NCBI RefSeq assembly: GCF_009914755.1
Contig: NC_060941.1
DNA from: the human T2T-CHM13v2.0 reference genome, Homo sapiens
DNA length: 64,000 nt
Reading direction: 5' to 3' (one strand)
Shown here one piece after another: positions 43,002-59,301 of this stretch (within the stretch, counting starts at the first letter, position 1; each line of letters opens with the position of its first letter). Made by a program: the position numbers and the translations under genes. The notes beneath the pieces are model-generated. The model did no database searches and was not told where the DNA came from. It worked only from the letters and a program-made list of their open reading frames with translations.

Positions 43002-43491
43002 GTATGAATATAGGTGGTTTGTTGTTTTTGCTTTTTTAACAAGAGGAGTTTTTCATTTCAACTGTGTCCTTAATACAAGCCAGATTAAAAACTTGCTGGA
43101 CTATAATACTTAAGTGACTTTTATCCATTTTTTTCTAACATTATGAACATTTAACTCAAAGAAGGGAATGTCGTATTTCATAAGATGTTACTGAGAATGA
43201 AAAAGACTGGGATTGAAAACTGATTTTCATATTTATTGTGTGAACTTGGCTGGTTATCTGCTTCAATTTGTCCAATGGGCAAGGGTCATCAAATTTCCAT
43301 TTTACTATCTCATTTTAAAAACACAGATCTTCCCTTTGGAAATTACGTGTTAGATGTTTATCCTCAGGAAAAGGGATTGGAAGTGGTGGGGCTTGGGCAC
43401 CCATCTCTGGCTGGCCCTTGTCAGTTGGCCACATGAGTGACCACAGCTGGCATCTGTGGAAAACGCCCTGAATGTTTAGCCAGTCCGGTCA

Positions 43492-44012
<521 letters not shown>

Positions 44013-44125
44013 TTATTTTGAGAGTCCTCCAGCACGTGATCTGCCTCAGCTGCAGCTGTGGGGTAGCCCAGGGTGAGGCTCACGTCCTCATCCTGCCCCT
44101 CGCCAGTGGGGACTGAGTTCAAACT

Positions 44126-44313
44126 CAGGATGCCCAGTGAAATTGGAATTACAGATAAATAATTTTTGAAATCATACTGTTTAAACTGATAAAATTACTG
44201 TTATCTGAAATTCCAATGTGAAATCATACTGTTTAAACTGATAAAATTACTGTTATCTGAAATTCCAATGTAACTCAGCATCGCATATGTTTATTTGCTA
44301 ATCTGGCAACCCT
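44126..44313. mobile_element. MER53-like palindromic MITE containing a perfect 52-bp tandem duplication
   Basis: CAGGATGCCCAGTGAAATTGGAATTACAGATAAA ... TATCTGAAATTC...ATCTGGCAACCCT. Confidence 0.65.
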
Positions 44314-44909
44314 AAATTGGGACCCTGACATTTAAAATATGGAATAATGCACAGGCTGGTTGTGATGTTAGATGACATAAATTTGCAAAAGACCTGGCAC
44401 ACAGCATGACCTCAGTAGATGTTAAAAAAAAATTAATAAGGTTCTGTCTTTTATTAGTTCTATAACTCACCCTCTTCTTAGATTACACCCTATGAAACTG
44501 CTGTGTTTGTAGGTCAAAAACAAATGTCATGGAATTCAACCTAATGTACACCTAGAGCTTTGGTAATAACTTCTCAAAAAGAATCTGTTTATTTGAAAAT
44601 GGTTGTAAAGTGCTTGTTGCCATCCTTCCTCCGTGCTCCTACCTGAGGCAGGGCCAATAGTTAGGAGAATAGTAGCAGCTAATATATGTGTTTGTAAAAT
44701 ACTTTTAAACTGAAAACAGCATCTTAATCCTATTTCTTTTTCTTTTTCCCCTCTTCCTTTTGCACATGTTCTCCATTCCCTTATCCACACTTTTTTGATC
44801 TGTTAATTATTTATCCATCCACGGCCTCCTCTGTTTCCTTGGGAAACTGTTTGGTGCTTTGTCTGCTGATGGACACTGCACACAGCTCACCCTTTCTTTC
44901 TCCAATCAG

Positions 44910-45059
44910 GATGGCGGCCTCGTGGAAGAGCCCACGCCTTCACCGTTCTTGCCTTCCCCAAGCCTGAAGCTCCCCCTTTCACACAGTGCACTCCCCAGTC
45001 AGGCCCTGGGTGGGATTGCCTCCGGGCTGGGCATGCAAAACTTGAATTCTTCTAGACAG
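44910..45059 (+). CDS. TNRC6C: Coding exon, 150 nt (DGGLVEEPTPSPF...NLNSSRQ); possible upstream acceptor at 44886
   Basis: aatcag|GAT ... CAG|gtaagg; phase 0-0. Confidence 0.92.
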
Positions 45060-46407
45060 GTAAGGCTGTTTGGAGAGAGCAAAACATGGCCTTTGTTTTA
45101 CCTGCCTTCTAAAAAATGTGTTTGAGACATAAACTTACTTATTTATAGTTAATACCTCTATTTTTAAATGTGACTGAAAAAGTAGTTGAAATACTACCAG
45201 GATTTCCCTTCAGGTGACTTACTGGAGTCAAGAGTTGAAGTAGGAAATGCTTTAGTTATATTTATTCTTACACTTAACTAAAACGTGTTTGAGCTCTCAG
45301 CACCCTTGGTGCTAACTTGGGACTGGCTAAAGTGATGATGTGTTGCACAGTGGTCTTCGGCTGCCGGATCCATCCAGAGGTCCAGGTAGTGCCCACCCTC
45401 TTTCCTCATGGCAACCAAAACGACGTTACATCTGTTGATCTGCGAGAAAGCACCACATTCTCCCCCTTTTTCCCAGAAATAAAGATGACATCTCTTGCAA
45501 GGTGGTTCTCAGGAGTCACACTGGCATTTTTTTCCAGGCTTCAAAAGTCTGTGGGTACAGGTGGAAATCATCTTTCTAAATCAGTTAACTACAGGAAGGA
45601 CCTGAGAGTGTTGTTTGCCACTTCATCTCACTTTTCTCATATAGACTCTTAACATGAAATGTTGTACCAAAAAACATATCATCCTTTCCCATCCCTAGGA
45701 CATCCCTTCTCTCTGACTTTCTTAGGGATGAGGTTGACACACACACACACACCGCTTGGAGACATGTCTCTAAGTAGACACTGTGAGGTGTGGGTGGCCA
45801 AACAGCCTCTGTGTGCACATTGTCCCAGTGTTGTTACCAGTAGTGCCCCTTCCACTCACCAGCGCCCGACTGTGTGATCCTGGCGATCTGACATTGCCCC
45901 CTTGGTGGTGGTGCAGTTTTCCATTGTTCTGCCAGCTTCAAGTCAGCAGCCCAGCTAGGGTGTGCACTGGGGTTAGGTTCACAGCTGTTAGCTTTGCAGA
46001 AGGGGTTCTCTCCCAGTGCCTCTCAGGCGGCTGTTCCCAAGTGAAGCTGTGCAATACCTTACCTCACCTATTTGTCAGGTAACTCATTACACAGAGTGAA
46101 AACTACAGCTACAATATCTTTATCATAGTTAACACAAAATTAACTACCTGAATTTGTCAGTTCATTCCATTTCAAGGTTTGTTGAAATAATAACTATATT
46201 TCCTGTTTGAAATGTTGCTATCCTCTCAGATTAGTAATCACCACACATTATTACCCTTTAATTTTTATCACATCCTTTTGGAAATGTATATTTTTCAAAT
46301 AACCATATTCATGTTGCTGTTGTGTGTGAAACATTGTATGCTGGTAGTTTCTTTGAATGGGGTAGCCTTCTTGTTGTATAAACGACACTCATTAAAAATT
46401 CACTTGG

Positions 46408-47044
<637 letters not shown>

Positions 47045-47119
47045 TCATTTCACCCTACCTCCAAACAATGTTACTCTAATGCCTGCCTTGGTAACGTGTT
47101 TAATTCTGTCCCTGTGCAG

Positions 47120-47266
47120 ATACCGAGTGGCAATCTGGGTATGTTTGGCAATAGTGGAGCAGCACAAGCCAGGACCATGCAGCAGCCGCCACAGCCACCA
47201 GTGCAGCCTCTTAACTCTTCCCAGCCCAGTCTCCGTGCTCAAGTGCCTCAGTTTCTATCCCCTCAG
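47120..47266 (+). CDS. TNRC6C: Coding exon, 147 nt ([10 protein letters not shown]...[10 protein letters not shown])
   Basis: gtgcag|ATA ... CAG|gtcaga; phase 0-0. Confidence 0.94.
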
Positions 47267-47889
47267 GTCAGACCCACATCCAAGCAGGACTGAGCAACAG
47301 GATATAGATGCCAGTGTTTCGTGGGGTCCTGTGTTATCTGGAAGTCACTATTTTAAAGTGAGAGCGGAGTTAATCCATGTTTAAGAGAAGGCCTTCTGGT
47401 TTTTAACCTATAAATTAATTTTAGACTATAAAGTAGTAAATGGATTCTCCTGACCCAGGAGACATTTTCAGAGCTTGCTCCTTGGAATGCCTCAGCCACC
47501 GAAACTAGCATTTGGCATCTTCCTGGTCAGAAGCAATATTGAGGGGGAAGGACCTGCCCAACACACTCCCATTGATGTGCTTTTGTCCCAGTCTTTGTCG
47601 AGAAAATTATTCAGGTGAACCCAGTGAACTGTCCTAGATTGGTGGGAGAGGAAAGTGACACGCTGTAGTATTGCTGAGGATGTAAAAGAAACCCTTAGAA
47701 GCAGCCAAGGACTGAATCATGCTTTAATGAGAAACTAAATGTGATCTCATATAATAGTGTATATATTATAGATTTTCAGTTATGTTTAATATTCAGAATT
47801 AGATCATTTTTGCCAATAGAGTTGGGTTTTTTTTCTTTCTTTCATCCCTTTTCAGGAGTGAACCATAGAGATTGTTAAGAAAAAAATGT

Positions 47890-48247
<358 letters not shown>

Positions 48248-48682
48248 CTAATATATATCAATTGTTCTTGTTAATATTGTTTATTTTTAGCACATTTTAC
48301 AATTTTAGGCTTTGGACCAAGTTTTTAATTACAGTGTTAGTTCTTACCCCTTATAATATATTTGATAATCAATGGTATTGATAACATCTTTGCTGCGTGG
48401 GGTAACTCAGGGCTCTAGTTGATACGTAATTCTGGTGTGAAGGTTGACTGGAGCCCTGCCCTGAGAGAGCAGCAGCATCTTGAAGTACTTACAACATTCT
48501 AGCATTCTAGCAGAGAGGGAAAAAACTGCTTTCTTCCCCAAGAGACCTCTGATATCAAGAAGATAGTTAAAATTTCTGAGGGATCTTATGTTCAATCTGT
48601 TCCAAAAGAGAACGTGTTAATTCATCAATCTTCTATTATTCATAAAATTTAATTTAAATGTGTTTAGTTTGTTGGAATATGG

Positions 48683-49029
48683 TGTCTTAGTCCATTTGGG
48701 CTGCTGTAACAAAATACCTTAGACTGGGTCATTTACAACAGCATGAATGTATTGCTTGCAGTTCTGGAGGCTGAGAAGTCCAAGATCAAGGTGCCAGAAG
48801 ATTCAGTGTCTGGTGAGGGCCTGTTTCTCATAGATGGCAACTTTTATGCATCCTCATGTGGTGGAAGGGGCAAACAGGCTTCCTCAGGCCTCTGTCATTA
48901 GGGTGCTGATCCAATTCATGGGGGCTCCTGATCACCTCCCAAAGGCCTCCGCTCTTAACACCACCACAATTAGGGTTTGGGTTTCAACATAGGAATTCTC
49001 GGGGGACGCAGACATTCAGACCATAGCAT
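48683..49029 (-). mobile_element. MaLR solo LTR (MST/MLT1A-like)
   Basis: TGTCTTAGTCCATTTGGGCTGCTGTAACAAAATACC...CAGACCATAGCA termini; GTCCAAGATCAAGGTGCCAG core. Confidence 0.8.
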
Positions 49030-49799
49030 ATGGGAAGGCAATGCTAGCATACGAAAAAGAGCAGGATGCACTGGGCACTGCATTGAGGGTAATTCTCGCT
49101 CTGTAATTGTTCAAACCCAGGTTTGTGCACTGAGTTGATAGTGCACAATTATCAATATAACTAATACATGTAACTATTATCAGGCAATAATAAAAGTTAT
49201 TAGATAATAGTTAAATGTATTCATTAGGATATAGGATAAGCCACCATAACAAAGAGGCCTCAAAAAACGGTAGCTTAAACTAGGTAGACATTGATCTCTC
49301 TCAGGTTACAGTGCAGAAAGAAGCAGTGCAGGGATCGGGGGTGGCTCTGCCATAGCCACTTCCCAGGAACAGGGGAAAAGGCAGCACTACTGTGCCGGTG
49401 GCCTTGAAATTGTACACACCACTTCCAGTCACATCCCACTGCCCAGACCTAGGCCACAGCTGCACCCAGTCTGAGAGGCAGTAGCAGAAGAAGCAGTTAG
49501 TCTTCCCCACACAAAGCAAACCAGCATGTCCCAAATGGCAAGGCATCTGTGTGCCGTCTCACTGTTTCTTCTGTATCTCCCTGTTACCTGTGAGTACTGA
49601 TAGGAAGGACACAGAACCTTGGAAAGTTCATTTATAATTAAAATATTTGGAGGATGAGATCTCTGAAGACTTTCCTTCTTCCTTCCCTCCTTTCTTTTTC
49701 CTTTCTTTCTTATTCTTTACGTGCTAACTACTAATGTTAAAATGTCCATACATTTTTTAATGGCCTTTGACATTTCACCCATGAGACAAATATAATTAT

Positions 49800-50672
49800 T
49801 ATTGCAGGATCTGGCCAGCAGCCTGCGGTGCAACAGGGCTCTTTCTTTGTTCCCAGGCAGATCGGCAGGTCGAGAAATAAAAGACACACACGAGATAGTG
49901 AAAGCTGGGTCCGGGGGGTCACCGCCTTCTGCTCCTGTGATGCCACCAATGCACTGGATATACCGGCATTTATTACTAAGTTTAGTGAGGGCAGGGGTAG
50001 GTTAGTGAGGGATTTAGGGTCGTTTGATTATGAGGTGAGATGATCACATGGGGATGAAGTAATTCTTTAACATAACATCGGTATGCAGAAGTACAGTATA
50101 CAGGGATAAGAATTTACAATATAGTGTGTGCATCAGCAGTTTCTAACAGAGCCTTAAAACAGAAACACAGTCTGTCCATAACCTGTGTTTAGTAAGATAC
50201 TAATCAGTAGTAATAATTGCAGCAAAAGCTGGTTGCAAACAATCAATAGAAACAGGACATGAAACTAGATAACTGTTTAGACCACAAATTCTCAGAAGGG
50301 AGTATGCCTTAACCCTAAAGAGACCTAGAAGAGCTGTGGCAAGATAAGGGCGTTTGTAACCCTATCTTATCCATATGAACAGGCGCCCCTCATGCATCCA
50401 TTTATAGGCTCTCCCCAAGGGTCGCATTCCATTCCCAGAGCTATGAACATCTGCTTTTCTGGGATAGGAATCTTGGTGATGTGAAACCTCCCTGACTGCA
50501 CATCCATTTATAGGCTCTCTGCAGGGGGAAGCACATCACGCGCTGTTGGCTCATTCTGGCAGCCCAACCTTGCATTGTCTTTACACAGTCCTGCATGCAA
50601 TTTTGTATTTACAATAATCAGGAGCATTTCATCTTTTATTCCATAGCAGTAGTTTCAGGGGGTCTCCCTACA
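49800..50672 (-). mobile_element. Solo ERV LTR (~870 bp), antisense to TNRC6C; tentatively LTR25-like
   Basis: Minus strand starts TGTAGGGAGACCCCCTGAAAC; minus-strand AATAAA near its 3' end (~49970); 6-bp TSD AATTAT at 49794-49799 and 50673-50678. Confidence 0.8.
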
Positions 50673-50771
50673 AATTATCATTTAATCATTTTTGAATTTT
50701 GAAAAACTACAGGTACAAGTAACTATTTTAACAGAGATACAACGGCTAATAGTATATTTTATGTTAAACAG

Positions 50772-50891
50772 GTTCAAGCACAGCTTTTGCAGTTTGCAGC
50801 AAAAAACATTGGTCTCAACCCTGCACTATTAACCTCGCCAATTAATCCTCAACATATGACGATGTTGAACCAGCTCTATCAGCTGCAGCTG
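50772..50891 (+). CDS. TNRC6C: Coding exon, 120 nt (VQAQLLQFAAKNIGLNPALL...QLYQLQL), Q-rich region
   Basis: aaacag|GTT ... CTG|gtgagt; phase 0-0. Confidence 0.94.
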
Positions 50892-51689
50892 GTGAGTGGA
50901 TAGACCCATGCAAGTTAGAGCACGCAGGCCGAGTGCAGATGCACGGCACCTGCTGAGAGCAGCAGTTGTGATAATGTTTGTCTTCACGTCAGGGATGTCA
51001 TTGAGACTCTCATGAAGTATTTAAACTCTTCATGAGTTAGGGAGTTCTCACTCAAAGGTGTCCTACTAGGTTTTGTAAATGTTTTGGCCTCTTTGTTTTT
51101 GTTTTTGTTTAGAGGCAGCATCTTACTATGTTGCCAGGCTGGTCTGGAACTCCTGGACTCAAGGGATCCTCCCACCTCAGCCACCTGAGTAGCTGAGACA
51201 CCACGGGTGTGCACCACTGCACATGGCTTGGCCTCTTTGTGTTCAGAAAATCTACCAATCTACCAGATTTTATAATTAGGCATGTCTTTTCAGTTGAGCT
51301 CTCAGCCAGAGTTTCTGAGAACCACAGAACACAAAAAATCATTTGAGTGACTATTTTCTCAGTTATTCTAAGGATGGTATACATAAATACTATTATAGAA
51401 GCACAGGAGAAAAATTGCTTTATTACATATAGTAGATGCCTTAGAGCATTAGAACTTAATTCTCTCATGAAACCCCGGTCAAGAATGGCTGATGTGACCT
51501 AATAATTCTTGAAAGTTTTGTAGCTTCACATAATCTTGATTTTTTTTTAATTTTCAATCAGTCTTACTGATTTTACTATAATTGCCATGTCATTGTATAC
51601 CTAGATGCTTACTGAAATTATATACACTAAAAGACCCAGTTAATTATTTCATTCTTTAATGTGGGTATCTGATTTATTTAGCAATCTTA

Positions 51690-52037
<348 letters not shown>

Positions 52038-52295
52038 TCATGAAGGAGAAAAAAAAAAAAAAAAGAATGGGAACTCCAAAAGACAGAACCATTGGCATAA
52101 AACCTTTGCTAATGAGAGAGTACCTCAGCCCTCAGTCTTTCCCCTTTGCTGTTTTTTAGACACATGTCCAACAAGTTTGAGGTCTGCTTTTCTATAAGCA
52201 GCAGGGGAGGATAGAAGGAAGGAGGGAAGGACGTGTCCCAGAGACACATGCTATGTGTCCTCGCTTTAATGGAAAGCACAGAGCTCTAGACATGA

Positions 52296-52697
<402 letters not shown>

Positions 52698-53774
52698 TAG
52701 TGAGGAATCGCTGTGGGGAGGCAGTGCACATGTGCAGTCCTATTGCTTTCAGTCCTGCCCGCCGGAGACCACTGACCTCCAAAGGAAAGGAGACAGCTCT
52801 GAAAACAGGCACTCATAGAAAAAGCATGCAGGTTTAGAGCTGTTACTGTAGAGGAAGATCGCTTTCTGCCACTAGATGACGCTGCAGGCATTGCTGCAGC
52901 CCTGACACAGAGCTGATTATCTTACTGATGTGCTAGAATCTTTTAGTTATACAGTAAGTTTTTATTGACCTCTATAGTGTGAAAGACATCAAGAAAATGT
53001 TGAATTACCAATAGGGTGTTCTAATTTTAAAACAATGTATTCTGTTCTTAAATTTTTTTCCAGAAAAATTGGAAAAATAAAGTTTCAGTGCTTCCATAAG
53101 GTTAAGTTTTAGGCCTATAAGGATTCACTTAAGTGGGGTATTTTATTCCTCCATGATTACAGATGAAGGAGGCATTTCTAATAGTATAATCTCCACCTTT
53201 ATTTGGATTCTACTTTGATGAGTCTTGCCAAAAATGTCCCTAAAATTCATGTTGTAAGAAAAAAAATCATGATATTCAACCAACATTTCAAAACAGTCAA
53301 ATGACCAAAGCTTCTATGTCAGTGTACAGAAGAATATCATCATAACTTTAACCAACTTTGTAGATGACAAGTTTGTGTGACAAAAGTGCCCACAAATCTG
53401 CATTTCAGGTTCTCTCTTAGCTTTCATTCCCATGATGTTAGGGAGATAACCACGTTGTTTAACACACATTATTATTGAATGATTTGGGACAGTTACTACC
53501 AGTGTTTCACATTGTCTGGGCTGTCCTGGACTTCAGTCTCCATCATTATAGAATAGGTTGGTTTTTTGTTTTTTTTTTTAAGTTTCAGTTTGTATGAATC
53601 AAGCAGAAGAATTTTGATTTCTTCATTAAATGAAAAATATTTGCTGACCAACATCATCACCAACACTAAACGGGTATTGACTCTGTGATTTTTTTTAGTT
53701 CTGCGCACTAAAAAAGTGGATAAGACATTAATCTTTTAAAAGTGCTCTGTGCCTCCAGAATATGTGTCAGCCAT

Positions 53775-54107
<333 letters not shown>

Positions 54108-54211
54108 CTAGGTTCTCTTTTTTTATTTTTTAACTAATGTCAGAAAGTTGAACCATTAGTTCAACTTACACTTAATTATCATACTATTTTAACTCTTCGT
54201 TCTGTCAACAG

Positions 54212-54295
54212 GCATACCAACGTTTACAAATCCAGCAGCAGATGTTACAGGCCCAGCGTAATGTGTCCGGATCCATGAGACAACAGGAGCAGCAA
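54212..54295 (+). CDS. TNRC6C: Coding exon, 84 nt (AYQRLQIQQQMLQAQ...QQEQQ), Q-rich region
   Basis: caacag|GCA ... CAA|gtaggt; phase 0-0. Confidence 0.93.
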
Positions 54296-54561
54296 GTAGG
54301 TGCTACCCAGATTGATTTTTGTCATGAGCTATAATTTTCCCTGATAGAAGAGACGCTAATTGATGAACTATTAGATGATCATTGATTTTTCTCTAGCCAA
54401 GCCTTCCTTTGAAAATTCCTGGGTTCAGCTAGGTTTGGGAGGAGGTTGGCCTAGCCAGTAGTGGCCTCAGCATAAAGACAATGAAGAATGCATTTGGTCC
54501 CTAGACAAGCCATGAGTGTCCCTTCCCACCTAGTTAACGCACCTATGTCTCTGCCTGCCAG

Positions 54562-54802
54562 GTTGCGCGCACAATCACTAATCTGCAGCAGCAGATCCAG
54601 CAGCACCAGCGCCAGCTGGCCCAGGCCCTGCTCGTGAAGCAGCCACCACCGCCACCGCCCCCGCCGCACCTGTCTCTGCACCCCTCTGCAGGCAAATCGG
54701 CCATGGACAGCTTCCCCTCGCACCCACAGACTCCCGGCCTACCTGACCTGCAGACCAAAGAGCAGCAGTCTTCACCCAACACCTTTGCTCCTTACCCTCT
54801 CG
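54562..54802 (+). CDS. TNRC6C: Coding exon, 241 nt (VARTITNLQQQIQQHQRQ...P8...FAPYPL)
   Basis: gccag|GTT ... CTCG|gtgagt; phase 0-1. Confidence 0.94.
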
Positions 54803-56667
54803 GTGAGTGTCCCATGGTCTTCAACAGCCACATCAGGTAGAGAGGGTACCTGGAGTCCGTATGTGGTAGCCAGGGCAGCATTTCAGTGGTTAGGAGGACT
54901 GGCCAGCGCTGAAACCATAGCCTGTTGGAAATGCAGCCCCAGACAAAATCGGAGAGCAGGTATCTCAAGGCTTTTTAATTTTAAAAAAATTTTTTAATTA
55001 TTTTTTTGAGAGATGGGGGTCTCACCATGTTGCTCAGGCTGGTCTTGAACTCCTGGGCTCAAGCAATCCTCCCACCTCAGCCTCTTAAAGTGCTGGGTTT
55101 ATAGGTGTGAGCCACCATGCCCAGCCTCAAGGATTTGTAATAAGGGAACAACACTAACCACGTTGTATAGAGCAGGAGTTTTGCCGCTGCCATAATACTC
55201 TCAGTATAAAACCTTTAAAGGTAGTACCAGTCAGAGCCCCCAAAATCTCATTTCCATTGTCAAATCTCCAAAGTTTGTTCTGTTCCTAGTCTACTCTGAA
55301 CTGTACTTTACCAGCCACTGTCCTCCAGCCTAAACCACAGAGAAGACTTTATAATGGTTTGGTCAGTAAAAGTATTCAGATTTACATTAAAAGCACTTCT
55401 TAAAAAGCAGTGGTTGTTGATACAACTCATTTTGTATGAAATGTGATTTGTATAATCGACCAAATCAACATATATATGTTGAAATCTAACTTGTAGAAGC
55501 ACACTCAGCACTTGAAACCCGCAGGTCAGTAGAAGACATGGTGCCAGGCCTCGAGGTCAGGCCAGTCAGGAGAGACACAGCTCACATACCTGAAGACACC
55601 AGAGGGTATAAATTAGTAAATTGATTCTGCATGGACTAATTTGCTGTAAGAATTCAGAAGTTAGTGAAAGCACTTTAGGCTTGTCTGTTGATTGCTATTA
55701 GAGTCTGTAGATACAGGACAAAGGGTTATCGGTAACTTGGAAAATACATCTGTAAAGGGGCAAAGGCCAGTTGAGTGGTAGTGAATTTGCTGCCAGCAGA
55801 TAATATTCATTTATCTAATTCTATTCAATGTCTCTGAAAAGAGCGGTATATTGTAATCATATGAATCCTTTTTACTTGACATATTATAAATGTGGTATAT
55901 CTTTAATATGAGATTGATAAATACTAGACTAGATGATCTCGTTCCTTAATTATTGTCTCATCCATTAGAGCCCTTTGTGTCGAAGTAGGTAAGACCTGAC
56001 TTAGGAATTAGACTCCCTAGGTTTGAGTCCCAACTCACCACCAAGAGGCTCACTACTAACTTGGGCAACTTGCCTAGCTGCTGTTTGCTTCAATTTCTTT
56101 ATTTTTCTTTCTTTTTTTTTTGGTAGAGACAGGGTCTTTCTATGTTGCCCAGGCAAGTCTCAAAACTCCTGGCCTCAAGTGATCCTCCCTAAGTGTTAGG
56201 ATTACAGGCCTGAGACACCATACTGAGCCATGCCTTAATTTCTTCATCTGTAATGTGGAAATACTTAACTCCTAGGTTTGTTTTAAAGATTAAATGAGCT
56301 AATATGTAAAGTTCTCTTTTTTCTTTTTTTTTTCTCTCTCTTTTTTTTTTTGGCTGGAGTGCAGTGGCGTGATCATAGCTCATTGCAGCCTCAAACTCCT
56401 GGCCTTAAGTGATCCTGCTGGTCTCAGCTTCCCAAAGTGCTGTGATTACAGGCATGAGCCATCACACCTGGCCTAATATGTAAAGTTCTTAAATAGTGCC
56501 TAGCACATAGCAAACACTTTGTAAAATGTCAGCTACTTATGTAAGTGCTTCTGTTTTAGAAACAAATTTCATCCCACCTATTATCCTAAAATGCATTAGC
56601 TTCAGCTTTCTATTATTCACCTGTCTTCTTAACCTATATTTGGAGGATAAAGTACACTTATCGTTAC

Positions 56668-56960
<293 letters not shown>

Positions 56961-58798
56961 ACTTATCTTTACTCTTAAGGATTTTTTCTCTTAGTACAAG
57001 TTAAAGAATTCATGCAGTGAATCTTTGAAATTAGTTGAAAAATAATTTGGATAATATTTTATAATATTCACAGTAAAGTTATAAATGTATTAAAAGCAAA
57101 TAACTAATAAAGTCTAGGAAACTTTGGTTGTAAAATTGCCTATCTTGTTGGCTCTCAGCATTTCTCTGCAGCAGCACCTATGTTGAAGAGCCTGTTAGAC
57201 ACTCATCAATTCATGTAAAGAAACCAGCAGCCCATGGTCAGTAGTGGGGGCTCCTAGCTACCTTCCTTCCCTCATGTTCAGCCTGTCGTTGTTATTCTCA
57301 GTCTTTTGCCACCTGGAGTTCGCCATCTAGATAGGAAGAGCAGGCATATAAACGGGAAAAAATAACCTTGATACCAGTGTCATGTGATTCTTACAGGGCT
57401 CTAGAGAAGGAAAAGTTCACTTTCACTTTGAGTGGTGAAAGAAAAATCAGAGAGTAGGATTAAGCTTGAACCTCAAATGATTGGATAGGATTACAGTAAA
57501 TAAAGAGGAAGCCTTTCCAAATAAAGGGGAAGCCTCACGTAGCACAGAAGAAAGAGGCCTGGCTTGTTTCAGGGGCCCATTTTGCAAGGGCCAGGCCAGT
57601 CTAGCTGACTTTCCCAGAGGGGAAAGTTGGGAGAGATGGGTTGGCGCCAAATTGTGAAATTTGGAGCATTCTGAAGGCCAGGTTGAAGCCCTGACATTGT
57701 TGCCACCTTACCTGGCTAGATCTGTACAAGCTGAAACGAAAAGAACCCACACAGCAGAGATTGCAAGTAGGCAGCCCTGTGGCACTGATGGGCTTGCAAA
57801 GGCGTTTTGTTAGGTCTGCGAAGTGTGTGTGTGCATGTGCATAGGTGTGTGTTAATGCCAACATTCAAAAATTGGGGAAAGTGGCTTCTGGCTTCTCTTA
57901 AAAATGGCTATAGTGGGTCTATGTTCCAGGTAGCAATAGGTGGTTGGCCCCAGTAGCACCTGTTTATTTAGACAGGACAGACACTCTCTGGTTTGCCACA
58001 GTCCCCATGAAGCCCACTTCTTCATGTGCATGGCCCACCTGGCTCCTATGAGCATTTGAATTTGCAGCCTCTGAAATAAAGGTAAGAACCAGAATGTTCA
58101 GCACCTGGCTAAGTAGTAGAGGCTCACTGTGCTTACGTACCGTGTGGCGTAGTACTTACGGTAAGGACCTATGGGGTATGTGTATGTGGTAAGGGGAACT
58201 GCAGCTGGAAATACAAGGGGAGGGGGGCGCTTGTGCTGGTTATTCCCTTCCAAACAAGCAGTCTGTCCTGCTCCAAACTAGTGTCCTCATCAGAAACTCT
58301 TTACTTCAACCTTCTTTTCATTGTCCTCCTCATCATCTTTCTTTATTAACCTAGCTTAGTGCAGGTCCTGGACAAATAACCAGGTACCTGCTTTTAGCTA
58401 TAAGGAATGAGCCCAGAAGCCTCAGCTCACCATCCCAGCTGGGGGCAGATGGCAGCACCCCCGCTGTCAAATAGTTCAGTTCCTTAAAAGTAGTTTGATA
58501 CTTAATTCACAGACTCTTTCAGAGCAGACTTTTGTAAAGGAAACTCACTAAAGGTAGAACTGAATTATCCTATCAGTCTGTTTCATAGGTGGTACTTTAG
58601 AGTTCTGGAAAAGTGTTTTTGACCTGATGAGTTTCCGTAAGATATCCCAAAACAAAGAAAGATTTTCCTAATAGTTTGGACTTTTTCTATTTTCCTGTGG
58701 ACTCTGAGAAGCCTCAGGACCATGTTTATTCAGCACTGAAACAAGTAAAATGAAGAGAATTGTGGGCCTTACTTAATCAAAGACTATTCGCATTTTCA

Positions 58799-59111
<313 letters not shown>

Positions 59112-59133
59112 CTAACCGCATCTCTCTCTTTAG

Positions 59134-59301
59134 CTGGACTGAACCCAAACATGAATGTCAACAGCATGGACATGACCGGTGGCTTGTCGGTGAAGGACCC
59201 ATCCCAGTCCCAGTCACGCCTCCCCCAGTGGACGCACCCCAACTCCATGGATAACTTGCCCAGTGCCGCTTCCCCCCTGGAGCAGAACCCTAGCAAGCAT
59301 G
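59134..59301 (+). CDS. TNRC6C: Coding exon, 168 nt (AGLNPNMNV...SQSRLPQWTHP...SKH), silencing domain with CIM-1-like motif
   Basis: Branch-point-like cctaac at 59111, tctttag|CT ... CATG|gtacgt; phase 1-1. Confidence 0.94.
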
